64,000 nucleotides of DNA, taken from Caldilineaceae bacterium. Its GTDB lineage: Bacteria; Chloroflexota; Anaerolineae; Caldilineales; Caldilineaceae. Both the position numbers and the translations under genes were made by a program. Each line of letters begins with the position of its first letter. Position 1 is the stretch's first letter. Shown here one piece after another: positions 9,461-17,363 of this stretch. The notes beneath the pieces are model-generated. The model did not search any database. It saw nothing but the letters and a program-made list of their open reading frames with translations, and was not told the DNA's origin. The DNA is taken from NCBI GenBank assembly GCA_018003515.1, contig JAGNDO010000020.1, forward strand, positions 6,742 through 70,741, read 5' to 3'.

Positions 9461-11107
9461 ATGATCGCTCTTCACCTGGACAATGTCTCCGTCACCTATA
9501 TTGCCGCCCCCATCTTCACGGGCCTCTCGTGGGAGATCCACGATGACCGCTGCGTGGGATTGGTGGGGCCAAATGGCGCGGGCAAGAGTACGCTCCTGCG
9601 TCTGATGGCCGGGCAACTCACCAGCGATTCCGGCTATATCAAACGCAAAAGCGGGCTGACCGTGGGCTATTTGCGCCAGGAGCCGGATTTTACCCCAGGC
9701 CATACGATCTGGGAAGAGGCCATGACCGCCTCTGCGCCCCTGGCCGCGGTGGAGGCAAAGCTGGATGCTTGCGAAGCCCGCCTGGGTGATCCAGCTGTCT
9801 ATGGCGATGAAGCAAGGCTGGCGGCTGTACTGGCCGAACAAGAGAAACTGTTGGCTCACTACACGCAATTAGGCGGTCCGGCCTATGAGGGCAAGGTGCG
9901 GGCTGTCCTGGCGCGGTTGGGCTTCGCCGATGAAGCGGCCCTCTCGCTTTCCACGGATGTGTTGAGCGGCGGCCAAAAGAAACTGCTGGGTCTGGCCAAG
10001 CTGCTGATTTTGGAGCCGGATCTGCTGCTGCTGGACGAGCCGGACAACCATCTGGATTTGGCGGGCAAGGGCTTTCTGGAGACGCTGATCCGGGGCTACA
10101 AAGGGGGCGTGGTGATCGTCTCCCATGACCGCTACCTGCTGGATGTGGTGGCGGATGAAATCGCCGATCTGGAAGATGGACGGATCACCGTCTACCCCGG
10201 CAACTACTCCGAGTTTGCTTTTGAGAAGCAAGTCCGTCTCCTGCGCCAACAGCAGATGTTCCAGATCCAGCAACGGGAGATCACCCGGCTGGAAGAAGCA
10301 TCCAAACGGCTGTTGATTTGGGGGCGCACCTATGACAACCCAAAGCTAATCATTCGCGGCAAGGCCATCCAGAAACGCATCGACCGTATTGAGCGCATAG
10401 ACAAGCCCGTGCTGGAGCGGCGGCGTATGGGATTGGATCTGGAGGGCTGGCGAGGCAGCAACAAAGTCCTGGAGTTGAAGGATTTGGACAAAGTCTTTCC
10501 GGCCAGCGCAGACATGGACGAGAAGATCGTCCTGGCCGGGTTGGATCTACTTGTCTGGCACGGGGAGCGGGTGGGGTTGGTCGGGCCTAACGGGGCGGGC
10601 AAATCCGTGCTTTTTCGCTTGCTGCTGGGCCAAGACGAGCCGACCGGCGGTGAGGTGGTCATCGGTCCCAGCGTGCGCACGGGGCATTACGCCCAGGAAC
10701 ACGAAACCCTGGAGTACAATTTGACCCTGCTGGAAAATCTGCGCCGGGCCGCGCCCCTCACTGAATCTACGGCGGTGAGCATTCTCACCAAATTCCTCTT
10801 CACCTACGAACAGATTCGCTCGAAAGTCTCCACCCTCTCCGGCGGGGAGCGCAGCCGACTACAAATGGCCCTCCTTACCCTGACCGGGGCCAACCTTCTG
10901 CTTCTGGACGAGCCGACCAACAACCTGGACATTGCCGCCGCCGAGGTGTTGGAGGCATCCCTCTCCGATTTCGAGGGCACGGTCTTTGTGATCTCCCACG
11001 ACCGCTACTTCCTGGACCAAGTGGTGAGCCGCATCGTCGAGCTGGACGACGGCAAGTTGACCGACTATCCGGGCAATTATAGCGACTATCAGGCGGTAAA
11101 AGGGTAG
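9461..11107 (+). CDS. ABC-F family ATPase (two ABC cassettes, no TM domain)
   Basis: Contains two Walker A motifs (GPNGAGKST, GPNGAGKSV) and two ABC signatures (LSGGQKK, LSGGERS) separated by a charged linker. Confidence 0.9.
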   Translation: MIALHLDNVSVTYIAAPIFTGLSWEIHDDRCVGLVGPNGAGKSTLLRLMAGQLTSDSGYIKRKSGLTVGYLRQEPDFTPGHTIWEEAMTASAPLAAVEAKLDACEARLGDPAVYGDEARLAAVLAEQEKLLAHYTQLGGPAYEGKVRAVLARLGFADEAALSLSTDVLSGGQKKLLGLAKLLILEPDLLLLDEPDNHLDLAGKGFLETLIRGYKGGVVIVSHDRYLLDVVADEIADLEDGRITVYPGNYSEFAFEKQVRLLRQQQMFQIQQREITRLEEASKRLLIWGRTYDNPKLIIRGKAIQKRIDRIERIDKPVLERRRMGLDLEGWRGSNKVLELKDLDKVFPASADMDEKIVLAGLDLLVWHGERVGLVGPNGAGKSVLFRLLLGQDEPTGGEVVIGPSVRTGHYAQEHETLEYNLTLLENLRRAAPLTESTAVSILTKFLFTYEQIRSKVSTLSGGERSRLQMALLTLTGANLLLLDEPTNNLDIAAAEVLEASLSDFEGTVFVISHDRYFLDQVVSRIVELDDGKLTDYPGNYSDYQAVKG

Positions 11108-11110
11108 GGG

Positions 11111-11208
11111 CAAGGCAAAGTGCAAAAGGCAAAAGGCAAAAGGATCGTGTCAAGCGAAACCATCCGCTTGACACGATCCTTTTGCCTTTTGCACTTTGCC
11201 TTTTGCCT
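11111..11208. repeat. Word-palindrome element, second copy of the GGCAAAAGG family (between convergent ABC-F and dps)
   Basis: Near-perfect long inverted repeat sharing its arms with 9240-9328. Confidence 0.8.
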
Positions 11209-11657
11209 TATTCCATATGGCTGCGCAGCATCCAGGCGTGCTTTTGATGCACTTCCATACGGCGCACGGCCAGATCCACGCTGGGTTGGTCGTTGTTAGC
11301 CTCGGCGGCCGCGATCACCTTTTGGGCCAAATCAGCGATGATCTCTTGGTCTGCGGCCAGGTTGGCCACCATCTCCATGGCCTTGGGACGACCGTTCTCC
11401 TCCTTGACAGAACTGAGGGCGGCGAAGGCGGTGAAGCTGCCGGGGGCAAAGGCACCCAGGGAGCGGATGCGCTCGGCGATCTCGTCCAAAGCCATGGCCA
11501 TCTCCGTGTATTGGAGTTCGAACATGGCGTGCAGGGCCGAGAACATGGGGCCAGTCACGTTCCAATGGTAGTTGTGGGTCTTGACGTAGAGGGTGTAGCT
11601 GCTGGCCAAAAGGGCGGAAAGGGCGTCAACAGTTGCTTGATTTGCTTTACTTGTCAT
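11208..11657 (-). CDS. dps: Dps family DNA-protection/ferritin-like protein
   Basis: 149 aa with typical Dps sequence (YTLYVKTHNYHWNVTGPMF..LH..F). Confidence 0.9.
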   Translation of the reverse strand: MTSKANQATVDALSALLASSYTLYVKTHNYHWNVTGPMFSALHAMFELQYTEMAMALDEIAERIRSLGAFAPGSFTAFAALSSVKEENGRPKAMEMVANLAADQEIIADLAQKVIAAAEANNDQPSVDLAVRRMEVHQKHAWMLRSHME

Positions 11658-11768
11658 TTTTGTCTCCTTTGACAGGTAGAATGGTGATAGATTCGTCGGT
11701 TGTTACTGAAACTTCACCCATTATACCATGAAAAACGACAAATCCCTACAAATTTTTAGTGAATACCC

Positions 11769-11835
11769 GTAGGTGCGGTTTTTAACCGCACAATTCACAT
11801 TTGCCGACGGATCGTGCGGGTAAAACCGCACCTAC
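11769..11835. repeat. Palindromic element GTAGGTGCGGTTTTTAACCGCAC...GTGCGGGTAAAACCGCACCTAC, copy 1
   Basis: Lies just downstream of the DsbA-like gene stop. A near-identical copy is at 57176-57242. Confidence 0.8.
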
Positions 11836-11871
11836 TTTCATCATCATTTTGATCCGTACAGAATTTTCGAT

Positions 11872-12504
11872 TTATGATTGGGCCTGATCCCGGATCTGCT
11901 CCACCGCCCGCACCAGAGCCGGATAGGGTTGAGCGCCGGGGATCAGGTATTTGTCGTTGAAGACCAGGGCGGGCACACCGGTCAAGCCAAAGGCCTGGGC
12001 CTGGGCGATGTCCTGGCTGACCGCTGCATCCAAGACAGGGTCGGTCAAAGCGGCGTCAAAAGCGTTGACCGCAAGCCCGATGCGCTTGGCCAACTCGCCC
12101 AGGACCGCCCGATCCTCGATGTTTCGGGCTTTGCGCCAATAGGCATCCATCAACGCGGTGTGATAGGCCGGTCCCAGCCCCTGGGCCTCGGCGAACTTGG
12201 CCCCGATCAGGGCCGGGCGGGTGTCGATGCCGAAGGGGCCAGCGTTCATCTCCTCACCATAGTCATTTTTTGCCCGTGCGTAGAGCTGGGGCCGAGCGGC
12301 TTGAATGCGGGCCAAATAGGCCGGATCAATGGGCGGCGCGCCCCGGGGACGCAGTTCAAACGAGCGCCACGCCACCGTCACCCCGTGGCTTGCTTGTAGC
12401 TTCTCCAAACTGGAGAAGACGAGGAAGCACCACGGTCAAGCATAGTCCGACCAGACGTCGATGTGGACGGGCTTGGTAAGAGGAACGGCTGTGGATTGGG
12501 TCAT
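11872..12504 (-). CDS. DsbA/FrnE-like thiol-disulfide oxidoreductase with in-frame TGA at the first position of the CxxC motif (candidate selenoprotein, U-P-W-C)
   Basis: ORFs 12436..12618 and 11872..12408 are in the same frame. Read through, the sequence is ...KPVHIDVWSDYA-[TGA]-PWCFLVFSSLEKL... This is the DsbA/FrnE active-site context with TGA (12436-12438) in place of Cys. ATG 12504 is preceded by AAAGGA. Confidence 0.65.
12383..12435 (-). promoter_or_regulatory. SECIS-like stem-loop immediately 3' of the in-frame UGA
   Basis: The mRNA folds as CCGUGG-UGCUU-(CCUCGU)-CUUCUCCA-GUU-UGGAGAAG-(CUAC)-AAGCA-(AG)-CCACGG. That is three stacked perfect helices (6+5+8 bp) with a GUU apical loop 26 nt after the UGA. 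Confidence 0.55.
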
Positions 12505-12655
12505 GGGAAGTCCTTTGATTTGGATGAGGTCGGGCCCAAAATAGCGCCGACATGCCCAGTGTATCATCATTCCCCAAGTTGATGACATTATTGTTAGCGC
12601 GGATAAGTCCTGGGTCAAGTTTGCAGGTCAAGGCGAGAATGGATAAGCTGAGAGA

Positions 12656-13373
12656 GTGATGTCTGAACAGCCACCCTATCGCGCAAGCCAAAGAACCTTG
12701 ACCATGAGCCAGATTCGGATTCTGATCTGCCGGGTAAATGAGAATAACCCGGACAATTTGACAGAGATCGCCAGCTACGACCTACCAGAAATGGACACCC
12801 TCAATCCAGAGATAGCGCTGGACGAAGCGGAGGCGATGCTACACAAGCAAGGGCAAAGCATATTGCAACGGGCCTTGCAAGCCCAATTTGAAGAGGTGGA
12901 TCGGGACTTGGCGGAAGCATATCGCCAAGATTTCCCCCCCTCAAGCGGTGACGAGCGATGGATTTGCGGCGGTAAAAGTCGTGAGCCGTTTCGGGCAACT
13001 GGAACTGAATCGGCAGGTGCTGAGTCACAAGCAAGGGCTTGAGACAAAGCATGTGATGCCGGGAAATCAGGCGTTGCCATCGCATAACGGGGTGATTATC
13101 ACCCGAGGATTGCAGGAATTGGTCTGTCTGTTCAGCTTGGATCTGCCCTTTGATACGGCTGAACGGCTGATGTCCTGGCATGTCCAGGATGAAACGCTCC
13201 TCTCTTCAAGCACCTATCGCTCTCTGGTCAAGACTCATGGTCAGATTATTCGACGGGCAGAAGCTGCCGAAGTCGAAGCATTATTGGCTCAGGATCGATG
13301 GTCAGAGTTAGAAGTTCAACTGGTTCCCTTGACGGAACCGCGTCGTCAGGCAAGTCGGACCGTGGTGCGCTGA
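12656..13373 (+). mobile_element. Frameshifted, truncated IS transposase fragment (ISKra4-like N-terminal region by memory of family sequences)
   Basis: Two overlapping ORFs in different frames (12656..13042 and 12888..13373) read as one protein after a frameshift near 12940. No DDE catalytic part follows, and the region is AT-richer than its surroundings. Confidence 0.45.
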
Positions 13374-14629
13374 TCCTGATGGGGATCGAAGGCGTTGACG
13401 GCACTTTGGGCCATCAGAGCCCGCTGCGAATTGGCTTCCACCTGTTGCTGATCCAGTTCCGCTGCCCGCACAGTCTGACCGCCCAAAAAGCGCGTCATGC
13501 GCAAGTTGCCCAGGATCGGCCCGCCCAGTAGCGTGATGACCAGGGTGACAGACAAAATTTGTTGCAACCGTCGCGTGCGGCGAAAGAGGATAAACAGGGC
13601 CAGCAGCCCCAGCAGGAATGCGGTCAACAGACTGCTGGCGATCTTCCCGGGGGTCAACTCAAAGGTGCCAAGAGCCGAGGGCAACCGCGTCCCAACACCA
13701 CCGGGTCCGCCGGGCCTGGTTGTCGATGCCCCATCACCTTGCCCAAACTGAGAAAAATTGACGGCAATGTGAGCGCTCACCAATTCGCTATTTTGCTCGG
13801 GAAAGTGCAGGGAGAGAATCTGGCGGATAGGCAGTCCATCTTCACCGACCCACAATTCACCGCTGCCGGTCATGTCGCGATAATAGGCCGGGGCCTCGAA
13901 GGTGACGCCGGGCGGCACATCACCCTTTTGGCGCATGGCTTCGTCGAGCTGCGCACGGACGGACAGGGCAAAGGTGGGGCCATCGATGCGAAAGGCATAG
14001 CGGGTATAGGTGAGGCCCGCACGCGTCTCCTGGCCCAGGTCGGTCACATCCCGCGCCGCCACCAGATAGCCCATCTAGTGTCCCGTCAACGTTCAAATGA
14101 TGGAATTGAGGAGTTCGCATCCTCAGATGCGAACGGCGGGCATCTGAGGATGCCCGACTCCACAATCCATCAAATCAGCGGTGACGGAACACTAGTCGCC
14201 GGCTGGCGCAATCGCCTGGGTAAAATCACCGGATTCCTGCCACTCGCCCGCGTTCTGCTGGGTGTAGGTCTTGCCATCGGCCACACGGACCGCCAGGCTG
14301 CTCTCATCTTGGAGCAGACTGCCGCCGCCGGACCAAAGACGAAACTCTTAAGTGGCCGCATCCACATCGGCATGACCTTCCAGATAGAGTTGATCGCTGC
14401 GGCTGGTCCGCCCGACGTTGCGAACCGATGCCGTAGGCGAGGTGGTCTGGGTGACTTCGCTGGTAAAACGATAGGCCCCTTCTGCACGGACACGTGCCCA
14501 GGCTGCCTCCAATAGCTGCCCAGAGTCAAACGATGGCTGACCCGCTGGCGAAAGAAACCCGATGACAAACAAGCTGACAAGCAGGGCGGCAATACCAGCA
14601 AAGAAACGATGGGTACGCGAATGTAGCAA
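13346..14629 (-). pseudogene. Disrupted gene for a membrane-anchored hypothetical protein (in-frame TAA plus MITE insertion)
   Basis: The N-terminal piece (14351..14629) has a TM helix. The same frame continues past TAA 14348-14350 (EFRLWSGGGSLLQDES...) to 14195. A 120-bp palindromic insert follows, and the frame resumes at 14074 (GYLVAARDVTDLGQ...). Confidence 0.6.
14075..14194. mobile_element. 120-bp MITE-like insertion (terminal inverted repeats CTAGTGTCCCGTCAACG / CGGTGACGGAACACTAG, whole element an imperfect palindrome)
   Basis: Read directly. It interrupts an otherwise continuous reading frame and introduces a TAG at its edge. Confidence 0.65.
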
Positions 14630-14710
14630 GGAGAACTCCTATGACCAATGCGAGAAGATGCCTCGTCGTTCAAAGAGCAGATCAAGCTATTTGTCAGGCA
14701 TAAAACCCCA

Positions 14711-14804
14711 GTAATCGTTCGCCCCCCGGCCCCCAATTCTGGGGGAGGTCGTGGAGAGTTCCCCCCAAAGTTGGGGGGTCAGGGGGGCAGGGGTGAACGA
14801 TTAC
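14711..14804 (-). repeat. Dispersed ~95-bp G/C-rich repeat, copy 2 (reverse orientation)
   Basis: Reverse complement of the 403-506 core, with a few substitutions. Confidence 0.8.
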
Positions 14805-15356
14805 AAAGCCCATGGGGCCAGGGCAGAATGCGTACGCGGCCACAACCTCCCGGATGAACATCCGTGGGACAGATGCCATCCACGGCGGCCAAACCAGCAC
14901 ACGAACCGTGTCCCCCCTGGGGGGAAGAGACGGTTTTTTAAGCCCAATAAATTGGTCATGTGGAAGGACGAGCGTAAGCGCTCAACTTTGGGGCGAAGTT
15001 GGGGTGAGGCGACCTGCTACATCCGCGCCAGGGTCGGCACGAAGCACAGGGTGAGGTGGGACAGAGGAGCAGCAATGGATCGCCATGCCCCAACTTGTGG
15101 GGAGTGCCTGTCTTGGCCCAGGCATAGCGAAGATCTTGACGGTGATCTTGAAGATAGCGGACAGCATAACAGACGCCAGGGCAATCTGCAAACGAGAATT
15201 ATGGCCCGCCCTCCACCGTCCCCGGCACGTACGAACTTCTTAATGGGCAGACTCGTCCGCCCTCGCTTGCCACCCACGTGCTGGGGACGGTGGACTTGAT
15301 CCCGTGGGAAAGAAGCGCAGGATGGACGAGGGTTGTACGAATAGTCGATATGGCTA

Positions 15357-15403
15357 GGATATAGCTATCATATAGTTATGATATAGTTACCTTATAGCTA
15401 GAT
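15357..15403. promoter_or_regulatory. Four helically phased copies of WTATAGYTA upstream of CDS 15450
   Basis: ATATAGCTA (15359), ATATAGTTA (15370), ATATAGTTA (15380) and TTATAGCTA (15392) are spaced 10-12 bp apart. They lie about 50 bp upstream of the AGGAGG-ATG of the next gene. Confidence 0.4.
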
Positions 15404-15449
15404 CGAAGGAGAGGTGAAGGCGAGACGCAGCCAGCAAGGAGGCCAACCG

Positions 15450-16031
15450 ATGGCAGAAGTCAAGGCGAATCCAATTGTGCAGGGGTTGAGCGGTGGGTTG
15501 AGCCGGGATCTGATGTTCCGGCGGCTGCGGGATGGGCGCACGATCTTGTGTGTGAAGCCGGACTTTTCCCGGCGGGTCTTTAGCGAGGGCCAGTTGAGCC
15601 ACCAAGAACGGTTCAAGCTGGCGGCGGCCTATGCCAAATGGGCGGCCAAAGCCCAGCCGATCTACGCCGAGCTGGCCGCGGGGACCCTAAAGTCGGCCTA
15701 CAACGTGGCGCTCTCGGACTGGTTCCACGCCGCGGAGATTCTGGCTGTGGATGTGGGCGGCTGGACCGGGGAAGCCGGGGCAACCCTGCGCATCCAGGCC
15801 CGGGATGATGTGATGGTGGCCGGGGTGTCGGTGCTGATCCGGGTGGGGGAGACGGTGGTGGAAGCGGGGGACGCCATCCAAACCGACGGTCTGTGGTGGG
15901 ATTACGTGACCCAGGCCGCGGTCAGCGGGGAGATCAGCGTGGGGGTGCGGGTGGTGGATTTGGCGGGGAATGGGGTGGAGGCAGGAGTGGGGGTCGATAA
16001 ATCAAGCGTCAGTTCACCGCAAGGCGGGTGA
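15450..16031 (+). CDS. Hypothetical protein with Ig-like (V.V.A.D.AGN) C-terminal segments
   Basis: ATG 15450 lies 7 nt after AGGAGG. No catalytic motif recognised. The last ~30 codons are duplicated downstream at 16874-16961. Confidence 0.6.
   Translation: MAEVKANPIVQGLSGGLSRDLMFRRLRDGRTILCVKPDFSRRVFSEGQLSHQERFKLAAAYAKWAAKAQPIYAELAAGTLKSAYNVALSDWFHAAEILAVDVGGWTGEAGATLRIQARDDVMVAGVSVLIRVGETVVEAGDAIQTDGLWWDYVTQAAVSGEISVGVRVVDLAGNGVEAGVGVDKSSVSSPQGG
15906..15993 (+). repeat. Direct repeat DR-left (3' end of CDS 15450..16031)
   Basis: An 88-bp match with about 10 mismatches to 16874-16961. Confidence 0.8.
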
Positions 16032-16167
16032 ACTGGCGACCGCCAAAATCGGTGCTTCCTCGCCCCGGCCTTTGGTGATATACTTCGGCCATGCGTGGGG
16101 TCAAGATTGTATGCGATATTGCCCCCAATTCTACTCACTGCCCCGACGAGATCGGAGACATGTTCTG

Positions 16168-16491
16168 ATGGCGATCGTTGAATCAACACAAATGCTTGAC
16201 AGTCTACAATCGCTATATGCGGCCGGTTTCCACGAACCGTTTATAGACAATGCCTTGCGCAAAATTGTGGACCGTCAGATCGATCGGGATGAAGCCGATC
16301 TGACCCGCATCACCGCCCAACTACAGGCGTTCGAACAGCGCTTCGGGCTTTCCTCGCTTGAATTCTGGCAACGTTTTCAGGCGGGAGAGATGGCCGACAG
16401 CGCCGATTTCATGGAGTGGAATGTCTTCTGCAAGATGCGCGAACGCATTCGCGCCCGGCTTCACATCCTGCGCGGCGGGAACGGCGCGTGA
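16168..16491 (+). CDS. Small helical protein, putative antitoxin partner of the downstream DUF6516-like gene
   Basis: 107 aa starting at ATG 16168. GTGA overlap with the next gene. The assignment rests on context only. Confidence 0.5.
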   Translation: MAIVESTQMLDSLQSLYAAGFHEPFIDNALRKIVDRQIDRDEADLTRITAQLQAFEQRFGLSSLEFWQRFQAGEMADSADFMEWNVFCKMRERIRARLHILRGGNGA

Positions 16492-16877
16492 ACGACCCCG
16501 CTGGCTATCTGGCCGAAATTGAACTGGCTTTGGTGAGCAGCCCCGTGCTGGCCGAAACCCATGTCACCCGTTCCTGGACCAACGCCGATGACGGCTACAT
16601 CCGCGTCCGCGCCACCCTGGTCAATGGCGATTTTCTGGAAGCCGCCGAGTATTTCGTCCTGGATGAAGGAGAGATCAAGCCCGTGGATTATCGCCACCAA
16701 TGGATGGACGGCGCAAAAAGCACGCTACGTCGTCGCTGGGACAGCACACCGGATCATCCAGGCCTGGCCAATTTTCCCCATCATGTTCACGTGGGCGATG
16801 AGCACACGGTGCAACCCAGCCACCCCACGGGCATTCTCGACCTGTTGCGCACCCTGGAAGCCGAACTCGATCTGTAA
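16488..16877 (+). CDS. DUF6516 / TumE-like putative toxin
   Basis: The motif RRRWDSTPDHPGLANFPHHVHVGDE matches the R.DN..HH....T.PHHKH pattern that I recall for this family. 129 aa with a GTG start. Confidence 0.5.
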   Translation: MNDPAGYLAEIELALVSSPVLAETHVTRSWTNADDGYIRVRATLVNGDFLEAAEYFVLDEGEIKPVDYRHQWMDGAKSTLRRRWDSTPDHPGLANFPHHVHVGDEHTVQPSHPTGILDLLRTLEAELDL

Positions 16878-16961
16878 CCCAGGCCACGGTTAGTGGGGAG
16901 GTCAGCGTGGTGGTGCGGGTGGTGGATTTGGCAGGGAATGGGGTTGAGGCGGGGGTGGCAG
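16874..16961 (+). repeat. Direct repeat DR-right (orphan copy of the 3' end of CDS 15450..16031)
   Basis: It translates in frame to TQATVSGEVSVVVRVVDLAGNGVEAGVAVVAEAG-stop and begins at the stop codon of the TumE-like gene. Confidence 0.8.
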
Positions 16962-17363
16962 TAGTGGCGGAAGCGGGCTGATAGCCCCCACTAATCGCCT
17001 CAACTGCCATTGCGTGAAAACCAAATTCACGGTATGATTCGGTTGCCCAAATGACCTCTCACCCGACACAATAGGCGGCTTCCTAGACCTCATGGATTCA
17101 ATCCGCAAACCTAGCAAACTCAAAAAAACAACCCATCACCCATATGCCAGAGTACCTATTTTCAGCGATGCCTTATTGAGAATGGGTGGCGTTTTCGTTT
17201 GCCAAAAGGCTTTTTCAAGCCGAAAGACGGTCTGCTCTTTTTCATGCTCGGTCCCACCATCAACCGATGAATCAAAGGAAGCTTTTTCTAAACCTCTGCG
17301 TTCAAAAACGCCCTTGTCATTGCTGGCTTAACCACATCAAACAAAACCCAGGACTTCTTCAAA

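Noticed and set aside
12436-12438. Treating TGA 12436-12438 as an ordinary stop separating two small genes
   Set aside because: The upstream piece would end one residue before the CxxC motif. The downstream piece would need a TTG start inside the DsbA fold. Both are in one frame, the TGA sits exactly on the catalytic Cys position, and a strong hairpin follows. Sec recoding, or alternatively a very recent nonsense mutation, explains this better than two genes.
14751-15299. 182-aa ORF in the 14.7-15.3 kb gap
   Set aside because: It starts inside dispersed repeat copy 2. Its translation is Arg/Pro/Gly/Trp-rich without any motif, and it has no ribosome-binding site.
15170-15335. tmRNA, tRNA-like or group II intron domain V signal (GCAAACGAGAATTAT reads ANENY; CACGTACGAAC resembles the 3' half of domain V; GGACGAGGGTTGTACGAAT resembles a T-arm)
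   Set aside because: The putative tag frame does not end in a hydrophobic LAA-type tail with a stop. No complementary 5' half for domain V is present. The T-arm-like string has no pairing stem and no CCA-proximal acceptor.
15906-16961. Diversity-generating retroelement (VR/TR pair) explanation for the 88-bp repeats
   Set aside because: I compared the two copies base by base. The mismatches are a mix of G/A, C/T, G/T and A/G in both directions rather than being confined to adenines of one copy. No reverse transcriptase gene is nearby.
17160-17330. Possible transposase C-terminal remnant on the minus strand at the left edge of the island
   Set aside because: The only open frame (DKGVFERRGLEKASFDSSVDGGTEHEKEQTVFRLEKAFWQTK...) does not match any IS-family C-terminus that I can recognise, so there is no support beyond its position.
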